A stretch of DNA of 64,000 nucleotides from Thecamonas trahens ATCC 50062. Its lineage: Eukaryota; Protista; Apusomonadida. The notes below the pieces were generated by a model. It had not been told where the DNA came from. It saw only the letters and a list, made by a program, of their open reading frames with translations, and did not search any database. How positions within the stretch are numbered: position 1 is the first letter of the stretch; the number at the start of each line of letters is the position of its first letter. Positions 54,745 through 64,000 of the stretch are shown one piece after another. Made by a program: the position numbers and the translations under genes. The stretch covers positions 53,451 through 117,450 of the forward strand of contig NW_013657628.1 of assembly GCF_000142905.1 (NCBI RefSeq), read 5' to 3'.

Positions 54745-57700
54745 CTACGCATTGGACTTGGACGACTTGGACTTGGACTTGACGGGCGTGGCCGACTTGC
54801 GCTGGCGGTCGAGAACCTCGACCATGAGCGAGGCATGGCCTTGGACAAACTCCTGGACCTGGGCAAAGTACTTGACCGAGATCTCGGTAAAGTTCTTGGC
54901 GACAAAGTCGAGACAGGTCTTGCGGAGGTTCGGGAACATGTACGCTGGCTTGCGGGAGCGCGGCTTGGGCGACTGCAGCTGCTGGGAGACCCAGGTGAGG
55001 CGCTCGATGGCGGTGGCCGGTGTGAGCGTGTCGATCATGTACCGCGACGCTCTGTCGATGGCCGAGGAGATGGAGAACCGGTTGGCAAGGCCAAGCACCT
55101 CACACGCGGTGTCGGTGTCGAGCGGCAGCTCGCCAGACTGCAAGAACGAGATGAGCGCCGCGAGTGCGCCGGCCGTTGTCCCAAACGACGCAATGACCGT
55201 CCGCGGCTTGTTGGCCGCCTCCTCGAGGTCTTCAGCAAAGGCCGAGGTGAGGAGCTCGGCAAGGAGCTTGGGGTAGGCCTGGAGAGCGGCAAAGGTGCCT
55301 GTGGCGGCCTCGTCGCGCTTGATCATGTTGAGGACAACAAACTCAAAGGCTGTCCGCCTCGCGCGCGGGAAGATGAACCGGTTGTCGCCGTCGTCGACCG
55401 AGTCGGACATGGCGTACTCGGAATGCCAGATGAGCCAGGGGATGGCGGTCTTGACCGAGAGCGCGTCGGTGAGGTAGACGCGGCAGAGGGCGACGACTCG
55501 CTCAAGGAGGAGGAACTCGCCAAGCTTCATGGTGTCGAGCACGTCGTCCTCGTGCACGTCGAGCACGTCGGTGTAGAGGTAGTGGATGACCGAGTACAGC
55601 GCCGACGCCGTGGCCTCGGGGAAGTTAATGACGGCGCGCGGGAGGCTTCCGCCCGCACTTGTGCCGCCCGCCGCCGCGTCGCGGTCGGCCGCCGCCGCCC
55701 GCTTGGCCACCGCCGCCCGCGCCGCGTCCTGCGACGCCTGCGCCTCGGAGAACTCGTTAGAGAACATGGCCTTAAAGTACTTGCACCGCGCCATGAGAAC
55801 CGAGCGATGGGCTGAGATCTCGGTGTGGTGCGGGACCGAGACGCAAAAGGCCACGTCGTGAGTCGCCTCATCGAGCTCGAGCGACGCGAGGTCGTCGAGA
55901 AGCCGCGACGGCGGCGGCGGCTCGACGCCCACCACCGGCAGCACGCCCTTCATGACCCGGATGCAGTGCCCGGCGTACTCGGAGATGTACATGTTGCCGC
56001 GGCCGTCGTCGAGCATGCAGATCGGGTGCTTGTACGACACGGTCTTGCCACGCCCGTCGAGCGTCACGAGCTTGTTGAGCGGCGAGCCTGAAATGGTCAC
56101 CACCTTTGGGTTCTTGAGCGACTCGGAGAGCATGACCTTGCGGATGCAGTTGACGTTGTGCTCCATGACGTACAGGTCGCCATGCGCGTCGACAAGCATG
56201 CCCCAAGGCGACTCGAACGACGCGTTCGTGCCCTCGCCATCGCGCACTTGCTGCGACTGCGAGCCCGCAATAGTCGTCACCCGTGCGGTCGCCAGCGAAA
56301 TGCGCCGGACGCACCGGTTGTGGTTGTCCGAAACGTAGAGGACCGACTCGCCGGTCCCGGGCTCGCGGGCGTGGATGACCTGCGCCGGCCACGAGAACCG
56401 AGCATGCGTCGCCGCGCCATCGCGATAGCCCGACTGCCGGCCCTTGCCGGCAAAAGTGGAGACCTTGCCAGTCGCAATCTCCACCTTGCGGATGCAATGG
56501 TTGTCACAGTCGGCAATGTACAGATGCCCGTCCGATGCGAGGCAGATGCCGCGCGGCCCGTTGAACCGCGCCACGCTGCCGCGCCCGTTCTTGTACCCCT
56601 TGTCGTCCGCTGTCGGCCCAGCAACAACCTTGACCGTCCCGTCGGCTGCCACAGACCGGACTCGGTTGCCGTAGCACTCGACAAGGTACATGGTGTCGTT
56701 CTCGTCGATGCACAGGCCTGTCGGCCCATTGAACCGCACCGCCAGCGGCTGCGGCGTCGTCTCGCCGTTTCGCGGCGTCTCGAGCTCTACCACGCCCGAC
56801 GACTTGTCGGCTCCGGCAAAGGTCGAGACCTCGCCATCGTGTAGAACCCGGACAAGGCCGTTGCCGTTGTCGCACACAAACAAGTGCGTCCGCGCCGCGT
56901 TCTCCACCATGCCGTAGCACCGAAAGAACTCAGCCTCGGGCGCAGGCCCGTTTCGCTTCCCGTGCCGTCCGGTCTTGCCGGCAATCGTCTCCACTTCGAG
57001 TTCGTCAAAGTTGATGCGGTCGACAAGCGGGACAGAGGTCTCCCACTTGAGCGCCGTCTTGCGGCTCGGCATCAGCGGCGGCTCGTTGATCGACGGCACC
57101 ATGCGCCGCATCGACGAAGTGAGCACGACAGAGCCCGACGGTGGCGGAAGCTTGGGCGCCACAAGGCCCGATCCACGGCGCCGCCGTGTGCTGCCTCCCA
57201 CCACGTCCATCGGCGCCGGCTCGCTCCCGCTTCCGCTCCCACCGCCATCGTCCGAGACCTCCTCCTTTCCTCTGCGCTTACCCTTGGCCGAGACCTGCTT
57301 CTTGCCCTTTCCGCTGCTCCGCTTTTTCTGCAACGCCGCGCTCTCGGCCTTCTTGGACGACCGGCGCGTGCGCCCGCTGCTCCGCGCCACCGCCTTGCTC
57401 GAGCTCCCCGAGTTGAGCTTGGCCCGCTTGGTCGCCCGCTCGCCAGCCTCTTCGCCTCCGCCGGGTGCCGTTGTCGTCTCCTCGCCGTTAGCAACGTACA
57501 CCGCCATGCCATCGTCATTGTACCGAACTGGCGCCGCGCCCGCTGCCGTTGTTGCCGTCGACGCCGTCGACGACGTTGCCACACTCGGCCCTGGTGACGC
57601 CATGCTCCGCTTCCGCTTCGACCGCCTCGGCCGAGTGCCCGCCGTCGTGTTGCTGCTACTCGTCGCAGTACTCATGCCCGTTGCCGTGGTTGCCGCTGTC

Positions 57701-57777
57701 GTTTCGCTTCCGTTCCTCGCACTGGTGGCCTCCTCGGGCGAGGTCGCCCTGTTGCTCGCTGTGCCCTCGTCGTCCAT
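54745..57777 (-). CDS. NHL-repeat beta-propeller + BTB/POZ domain protein
   Basis: Repeats ARFNGPRGI..LYIADCDNHCIRK; BTB AHRSVLMARCKYFKAMFS..IHYLYTD; a second degenerate BTB/BACK-like region. Confidence 0.9.
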   Translation of the reverse strand: MDDEGTASNRATSPEEATSARNGSETTAATTATGMSTATSSSNTTAGTRPRRSKRKRSMASPGPSVATSSTASTATTAAGAAPVRYNDDGMAVYVANGEETTTAPGGGEEAGERATKRAKLNSGSSSKAVARSSGRTRRSSKKAESAALQKKRSSGKGKKQVSAKGKRRGKEEVSDDGGGSGSGSEPAPMDVVGGSTRRRRGSGLVAPKLPPPSGSVVLTSSMRRMVPSINEPPLMPSRKTALKWETSVPLVDRINFDELEVETIAGKTGRHGKRNGPAPEAEFFRCYGMVENAARTHLFVCDNGNGLVRVLHDGEVSTFAGADKSSGVVELETPRNGETTPQPLAVRFNGPTGLCIDENDTMYLVECYGNRVRSVAADGTVKVVAGPTADDKGYKNGRGSVARFNGPRGICLASDGHLYIADCDNHCIRKVEIATGKVSTFAGKGRQSGYRDGAATHARFSWPAQVIHAREPGTGESVLYVSDNHNRCVRRISLATARVTTIAGSQSQQVRDGEGTNASFESPWGMLVDAHGDLYVMEHNVNCIRKVMLSESLKNPKVVTISGSPLNKLVTLDGRGKTVSYKHPICMLDDGRGNMYISEYAGHCIRVMKGVLPVVGVEPPPPSRLLDDLASLELDEATHDVAFCVSVPHHTEISAHRSVLMARCKYFKAMFSNEFSEAQASQDAARAAVAKRAAAADRDAAAGGTSAGGSLPRAVINFPEATASALYSVIHYLYTDVLDVHEDDVLDTMKLGEFLLLERVVALCRVYLTDALSVKTAIPWLIWHSEYAMSDSVDDGDNRFIFPRARRTAFEFVVLNMIKRDEAATGTFAALQAYPKLLAELLTSAFAEDLEEAANKPRTVIASFGTTAGALAALISFLQSGELPLDTDTACEVLGLANRFSISSAIDRASRYMIDTLTPATAIERLTWVSQQLQSPKPRSRKPAYMFPNLRKTCLDFVAKNFTEISVKYFAQVQEFVQGHASLMVEVLDRQRKSATPVKSKSKSSKSNA

Positions 57778-58077
57778 GCCGGGTGTAGTGGAGACAAAGT
57801 AGAGGTAGGTCAAGCTGGGTACGGGTGTAGTAGGTTGGTAGTTTGCAAAGTGGGTGGTTGGGTTGAGTGAGTGATGTGGTGCGACTCACCAACTCCTCCT
57901 TCCCCCCGCCCCTCTCCTTCCTCACCCTTGGCCCTTGGCCCTTGCTCTGCGAGTTGCGGTGGGGAGGACACAATCGGGAGTGCGACTTGAAGACAATCTG
58001 TCCCGCGAGTTGGCGGCACACAAATTTTCTGTTCCACCGCATCATTTTCTCCATGTCCACACACGTCACATACATAG

Positions 58078-58115
<38 letters not shown>

Positions 58116-58789
58116 TTATATGCACACACACACACGTACTCAGAAATGCACCCGTTGAATAGTGATGAAAAGAAGTAGGGGTTGCAAAGCCGTATCCCAT
58201 CATCCTTCATTCCAAACCTTGCTTGACCGCCCCTCTCCTCCATCCACCCCTCCCTCTCCCATCCCGTCATTTTTTCTGTTGCCAATCCCCCACCCTAGCA
58301 CAGCTTGCCGCAAGTGGTACAAGTCGCCAGCACTCGCGGCTGGCTGAGCGATGCAAAGTGGCTGGCATCTTACTTCTTCGCTAAGAGCTCCGATGGCGTC
58401 GACACAGTCGGCTCCGATCCGCCCACCCTTTGATGAAAACGCGTGACAGCGACTACGGACGCCGTCTCGGCGCCCAATCCTTACCTTGATCTCGCGTGAG
58501 CGCGAGCTTACGACGAGCGGTCATGTACACGCAGGTAACTGTGTCAATCGGTACGACGTACTAGCACAGAGGGTCGGGCCGTCGAGCCAGCAGAGCGACC
58601 GCTCGGCCGGCAAGCGAGGGAGAGGACAATGCCCGTCACTTTGTTGGTTTTTTTGTGCCTCCACCACCCAGCCACGAGGACTCGGCGGCGAGCGAGAGTG
58701 GCTCAAGCACACGAGGGCTTGCCACTGCACTCCCTGACACCGCCACCGTCACTTTCCCTCTTTGCCCAAGGTCATCGGTGAGAGGCGGC

Positions 58790-61700
58790 ATGTCCTCCTC
58801 TGCCTCATCGAGCTCATCAGATGGGTCGTCGTCGTCAGCAGCGTCATGCTCGTCGACTGTCAGTGGCGAGGCCTCATCAAGTGGCTCCGACTCCAAGAGC
58901 CACCACGAGGAAATGTCGGCATGCGAACAACACGCGGGCGGTGGAGGAAGCTCTGCTCCTGGCACAGCAGCCACGAGTCCTGCAGCCATACCTCCTTCTG
59001 CAAACGGTAGTGCCGAGCCTACTCTACCTTCTCCGCCTTGTCCTGTCACCGCCACCGAGCTCCCTCCGCCTCTGCCTCCTCCGGCTAGCCTGCCTCCTGC
59101 TGGTGGTCTCGCTTCGGGAGAAGCGCCGCTTGCGGTGGCAGCGGCGGCGGTGGTGGCGCTTGATGCCAATATTGTGGCTGGCCGTGCTGCAGATGCCGAG
59201 GCTGGAGTCAAGGCTGGGACCGAGGCTAGGCTCGAGGCTAGGCTCGAGACGGGGGGTGAGACCGAGGCTGGGGCTGAGACTGGGGGTAGGACTGAGGCCG
59301 GGGCCCAGGTTGCCGAGACAGAGCTTGGTTCAGGTGCCGAGTCGGAATCAGACGTCGAGTCGGCATCAGATGGTGAGTCAGGCTCGTCGTCGTCATCGTC
59401 GACATCGTCGGCGTCGTCATACTACTCGTACTCGTCGTCGTCGTCGTGCACGTCTGCGGCTCGGTTCGACTCGCTCAACGAGTCACAGGTCCAGGGCGTG
59501 CTCACCACCCACTCTGTGACGCCGCTTACGCCGCGATCAGTGGCTGACGATTCAGACTCGGACACCGGGGTTGAGGTTGTGTGTCTGCGGGTGGGGCGGC
59601 GGGCGTCGAGCTCTGGTGGGGCGGCGGGCTTGTTGCCATCACGGCGGCTGACGCCGTCGCTGCCGGTTTACGCTGGCCCGCTGTATGTGCGGGCGCAACG
59701 ACTGCTGCACCTGCGCGTCGCCGAGGGCCGCAACCTCAAGGGCGGCAAGTCGACAGTTTCGTCGTACTGCAATGTGCACCTCGGTGGAGGGCTAGTAGTG
59801 CGGACACAGACGGTGCACAAGACATCGGAGCCAACCTACGGCGAAGAGTTCAACTTTGAGCTTCCGCTGACGTGGGAGCCCAACGTGGAGATCGATGTGT
59901 TTGAGACTGGTTCGCGCCGGCGCGACGCGTTCCTTGGCCGAGTCCTTCTCAACTCGGACAAGCTCGCGGGCTCGAGTGAGAAGATGATGCAAGAGTGGCT
60001 TCCACTTGAGCTTCCAACCGTCCGCAAGCGCGACTTTGTCTCGGGCTCAATGCATGTCACCATCCGGCACGCGCCGTTTACAGAGGCAACGAGTGCGCCA
60101 GGTACACTGGAGATCCGCATCGGTGAGGCCCGCAATCTGACTCACGCCGGCATCTCGGGCCCGTGCAAGCCGTTCATCCGGGTCGACTACGGTGGCGAGG
60201 CCCAGACAAGCACGCCGATGCGCGCGGCGGCGTCGGTGGCGGTCTTCTTTGGCGACGCCTTCACCTTTGTCACAGACCGGACCTCGCGGTCGGTCATTGT
60301 CTCTGTCTGGCACGCCAAGAAGCTCGGCACCGACGACTTTATGGGTGAGGTCTCGGTCGACCTGCGGGCGCTTGAGCCGCATGTGGCCCACGCGGCATGG
60401 TACTCGCTCCGCTCCAAGTACTACGCCACGCCACACGCCAAGCTCGAGGCGCAGGTCCAAAAAATGGCCCGCCAGCGGCGGTGCTCGGTGACTTCGCAGT
60501 CGTCGCCGCCGCCATCGCCGCCGCCTGCCAACGGGTCGGGCGGAGCGTCAGAGGAGAGCGGCGAGTCGGAGCCGTCCAGCTCGCCGCGCATCATTATGGC
60601 GGCGTCGGACGACATCAAGCTCCGGTCTGCCTTTGGCCTCCACACCCTCGGCTCGGCCACGGTCCAGGCCTCGTCGCCCGAAGTCTCTGTTCGGCGACGG
60701 GCGCTCGCGGCGCTGCCCGAGGGCGGGGCGGGCGGCGACGCCGGCGTCGACGGTGGAGCGTCCGAGGTCTCGGCTATGGGCGACCTGCGGGTCAAGTACG
60801 AGTTTTCCGAGGTCGATATTCTTCCTCTAGACGCATACGAGCCGCTGCTTGCCACGCTCGAGGAGGAGGAGGGCGCTCAGGCGCGATGGGTCATGGCATA
60901 CACCCGCAACCGCGATGCATTTGCCCGGTCGCTCATGCTTGTGCTCCGCGGGCGCGTGCGGCGCTCGAGTTTCTCGGCTCTGTGCTGGCGGACGAAATCG
61001 AGGCGACGCCCAACACGGGGGTGCTCTTCCGCGGCAACTCGCTCGGTTCCAAAGCTGTGGACATGTACATGAAGATTGTGGGCAAGGAGTACCTTGCGAG
61101 CACGCTCAAGCCGGTTCTTGACGCCATGTATGCGTCCGACGGACATTTCGAGATCGACAACGCGCGCGCCGCGCGCGACGGCACCGACTGGCAGGACAAT
61201 CTTGTGCGGCTCAACGGCATGATTCGACTCGCGGTGGACTCGGTCCTCGGCTCGCTCGACGCCATGCCGCTCCAGCTCCGCTTTGTTTTTGCCGCCCTCG
61301 CCAACGCGGTGGCGGCCAAATTTCCCGACAAGCCGGGTGCGCCACTCATTGCCGTCTCGGGCTTCCTCTTTCTCCGCTTCTTCTGCCCGGCGGTAATGGG
61401 ACCCAAGGTGTTTGGCCTCGCCGACGCGCACCCGGGGCGGCCGACTGCTCGCGGCCTGGTCCTCATCGCCAAGACCCTGCAGTGCCTCGCCAACCTGGTG
61501 CGGTTCGGAGACAAGGAAAAGTGCATGTCCCACCTCAATCCGCTTGTCGACGAGTACGACGGCCCGATGCGGGCGTTCCTCGCGGCGGCAGCAACCGTGC
61601 CGTCCGTGGGAGATGGCAGCTCGCCAACGCTGGCGCAGGCCGAAAACTTCTACGCGCCGCACGAGAGCGCACTCGGAAAGGACGCACTCGAGTACCAAGC

Positions 61701-62366
61701 GGCGCTCGTCCACAAGGAGCTTGCTGGCGTCCTGCGGAGCCTCGAGCCCGACGACGAGATCATCGAGATGTGGCCCGGAAAGGTCAAGACCAGCGGCGCG
61801 CTCTTGATGTACACCCGCGCGCTGCTCGTTCAGATGGACAAGATCCGGGTCCAGGCCAAGACGCTTGCCAAGCGGCGCGAGCGTGGGCTCTCGGTTTGGC
61901 ACGCACAGGAGGCTGCCAAGCAGGAGGCGCTCCACAACTCGGAGGCGTGGTCGGCGGCCAAGGCGGCGGACCTCGCGCGAATTCGCGAGACGCTCGAGAC
62001 TGGGGCGGTGTTCACCAAGCACGCGCGCGGCAAAAAGCCAAGCGGTTTGTCTACGCCGACTTTACCTCGCAGTCGCTGTACTGGGAGCCAGTGGCAGGCA
62101 AGGACGGCCAGGTGCGAGCGGGCAAGCCGACGGCCCGTATTGCTTTTGCCGACATCCTCGACGTTGTCCGCGGACATACCACCGTGGCATTTAAGAAGAG
62201 CGGCAAGCGCGGGCGCGAGTTTGTCGCCTTTTCCGTCGTCGCCGTCTTTTGCACCCTCGACCTCGAGGCTGACGACGAGGCCATCCGCGAAGCCTGGTTC
62301 TCCGCGCTCTCGTTTGTGGTCCGCGAGATCGAAACGCTGGCTGCGACTCCATCACAGCAACAATGA
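58790..62366 (+). CDS. GAP1-family RasGAP (C2-C2-RasGAP-PH), with frameshifts near 60951 and 62034
   Basis: Two C2 domains; LFRGNSL (Arg finger); FLFLRFFCPA; AKTLQCLAN; C-terminal PH-like ..LDLEADDEAIREAWFSAL. Confidence 0.9.
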
Positions 62367-62408
62367 ACAATGGACATACAGGCCGAGCATGTAGTGGGCG
62401 TCTTTAGG

Positions 62409-63755
62409 TCAGGTCTGACGGCGCGAGTCGCCCGAGACCGAGTCGGGATCGCCCCAGCCCTGTTGCTCGCCGTGCGACTGCGGGTTGTCGTAAAACTCGC
62501 CGACATGGTCGCCGTCGGCCAGCAGCGGGTCAACGTCGGCGGCCGAGGTGAGCTCGTCAAGCGATGGGATGGAGGCGGCGAGGCCGATGGAGTCGCCGAG
62601 GTCGCCATCTTCCGACGCCGAGTGGTGAGCGGCGAGGACCGAGCCGGTGCGGCCGGCGAGCTCGTCAAGGACGGCGTCCGGCGAGGCGGCAGTCGGATCG
62701 ACAGCACCGTCGGCGCCGTTGTGGCTCTTGGAAATGGAGCCGTACATGGTGAGGGCCTTGGCGACCATGGCCGAGACATCGTTGGCGTCAGTCGGCAGGA
62801 GCATGGTGTTGGACGACGCCGCGAGCTTGCCAAAGGCCTCGACGTACTCCTCAGCCAGCTTGAGGCCGACAGCGTCCTTCCCGCCCTGCGAGGCGACAGC
62901 CTTGGCAAGCATGAGGATGGAGGCTGCCGAGGCCTCGGCGTTGGCGATGATGGCCTCGGCCTTACCCTTGGCCGAGTTGATGAGCTCGGACTTGTGGCCT
63001 TCGGACTCGAGGATCATAGCGGTCCGCTGGCCCTGAGCCACGTTGATTCGGGACTGTTGGACACCCTCCGAGTCGAGAACGGTGGCCCGCTTGCGGCGCT
63101 CGGCGGCGACCTGCAGCTCCATGGCCTGGACGACCGAGTGCGGCGGGGTGATGTCGCGGATCTCATACCGCTTGCACACCACACCCCACTCCTTGGCGGC
63201 AGCATTGATGTTGGAGACAATCGACTCGTTGAGCAGCGTTCGCTCCTCAAACGTCCTGTCGAGGCTCATCTTGCCGAGCTCCGAGCGCATGGTCGACTCT
63301 GCGAGCTGGGTGATGGCGTAGTGGACGTCCTCGATGCCGTACGAAGCCAGGACCGGGTCGACAACCTGGTAGTAGAGAACGCCGTCAACAGCAAGCAGAA
63401 CGTTGTCCTGAGTAATGGCCCGCTGGTCGCGGACAGCCACAGCGACCTGCTTCAGCGAGTGCTTGTACTTGATGCGATGGAGGAGGGGAACAAGGATGCG
63501 GAGGCCCGGCTCGAGCACCTCGTGGAACCGTCCGAACCGCTCCACCACCCACGCCTCACGATGCGGCACAATGTTGAACACCCAGTTGGTGTACTTGGCT
63601 GTTCCCACTCCACCCATCGCCATGCCCATCGCCATCGCGCCCGTCCTGCCCGTCCCGCCTGAGCCTCCTCGCCCGAGTCCTCCCGTGCCCAACCCACCGC
63701 CGAGCCGGACGCCAGCCACCACGCCTGTCCGCACCAGTCCTCCTCCACGCAGCAT
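62409..63755 (-). CDS. STOML2: stomatin-like protein 2 (mitochondrial SPFH/Band 7)
   Basis: VPHREAWVVERFGRF, AITQDNV, QLAESTMRSELG, WGVVCKRYEIRDI, QVAAERRKRA, Band_7_C AEEYVEAFGKLA; presequence-like N-terminus. Confidence 0.92.
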   Translation of the reverse strand: MLRGGGLVRTGVVAGVRLGGGLGTGGLGRGGSGGTGRTGAMAMGMAMGGVGTAKYTNWVFNIVPHREAWVVERFGRFHEVLEPGLRILVPLLHRIKYKHSLKQVAVAVRDQRAITQDNVLLAVDGVLYYQVVDPVLASYGIEDVHYAITQLAESTMRSELGKMSLDRTFEERTLLNESIVSNINAAAKEWGVVCKRYEIRDITPPHSVVQAMELQVAAERRKRATVLDSEGVQQSRINVAQGQRTAMILESEGHKSELINSAKGKAEAIIANAEASAASILMLAKAVASQGGKDAVGLKLAEEYVEAFGKLAASSNTMLLPTDANDVSAMVAKALTMYGSISKSHNGADGAVDPTAASPDAVLDELAGRTGSVLAAHHSASEDGDLGDSIGLAASIPSLDELTSAADVDPLLADGDHVGEFYDNPQSHGEQQGWGDPDSVSGDSRRQT

Positions 63756-64000
63756 TGTAGAGGTGAGGTGAAGTGGGGTATAAGGTGAGAGACGGTGCAA
63801 GGGTCGAGGTTGAGACCGTCGAGGTCGAAACCTTGGAGCGCTGTCGGCTGTGTCGCGTTGGCCGACTGGTTGGTGAGTGGTCGGCCAGTGGGGGGATGAA
63901 GATGAATGTTCGAAGAGGGGGGAGTTTGGGGGGGGGGGGGGGGGGGGATGGTTACGATCGGATGGCTGTGTCATGGATCGTGTTGTTGCTAAGATCGCCA

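Noticed and set aside
26877-62366. Calling the frameshifted genes pseudogenes
   Set aside because: Catalytic motifs and codon bias are intact on both sides with no further lesions; sequencing error is more parsimonious
984-63662. Many long antisense or alternate-frame ORFs (e.g. 984..2948, 7981..9519, 38871..40715, 62370..63662)
   Set aside because: Shadow ORFs expected from high GC3 codon bias; they overlap well-supported genes and have no motifs
1-64000. tRNA, rRNA, transposase or viral hallmark genes
   Set aside because: None recognised by eye; tRNAscan-SE, Rfam and repeat searches would be needed to exclude small elements

Overview
Gene-dense, GC-rich, intron-poor EUKARYOTIC nuclear DNA, not a prokaryotic window. 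There are about 28 protein-coding genes, a few short GT-AG introns, poly(C)/(CA)n spacers and two N gaps. The style resembles a free-living protist such as the apusomonad Thecamonas; this is inference only. Recognisable housekeeping genes: SLC35/TPT transporter, aldo-keto reductase, ADP1-like ABCG, RapGAP-CNH, ALDH6A1, TBC RabGAP, PSMB6, NDUFB3, HERP-like, USP34-like deubiquitinase, PWWP protein, phospholipase B-like, ERG3/SC5D, CaMK, CHTOP, NHL-BTB, C2-C2-RasGAP-PH and STOML2. About a dozen genes or gene junctions are broken by single-base frameshifts, most likely homopolymer sequencing errors; repairing them reveals longer genes. Best leads: (1) a USP34-like enzyme carrying what looks like a circularly permuted bacterial beta-sandwich domain; (2) a hidden DUF6817(HD-like)-beta-grasp-2OG-Fe(II) oxygenase fusion; (3) an intron-containing DUF6939/NADAR-like gene of prokaryote/virus type; (4) a STRA6-like membrane protein in a unicell; (5) strand-polarised poly(C)/(CA)n tracts upstream of genes, together with almost abutting convergent stop codons. 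No rRNA, tRNA, CRISPR array or transposase was recognised. Family assignments come from motif recognition by eye, not database searches.
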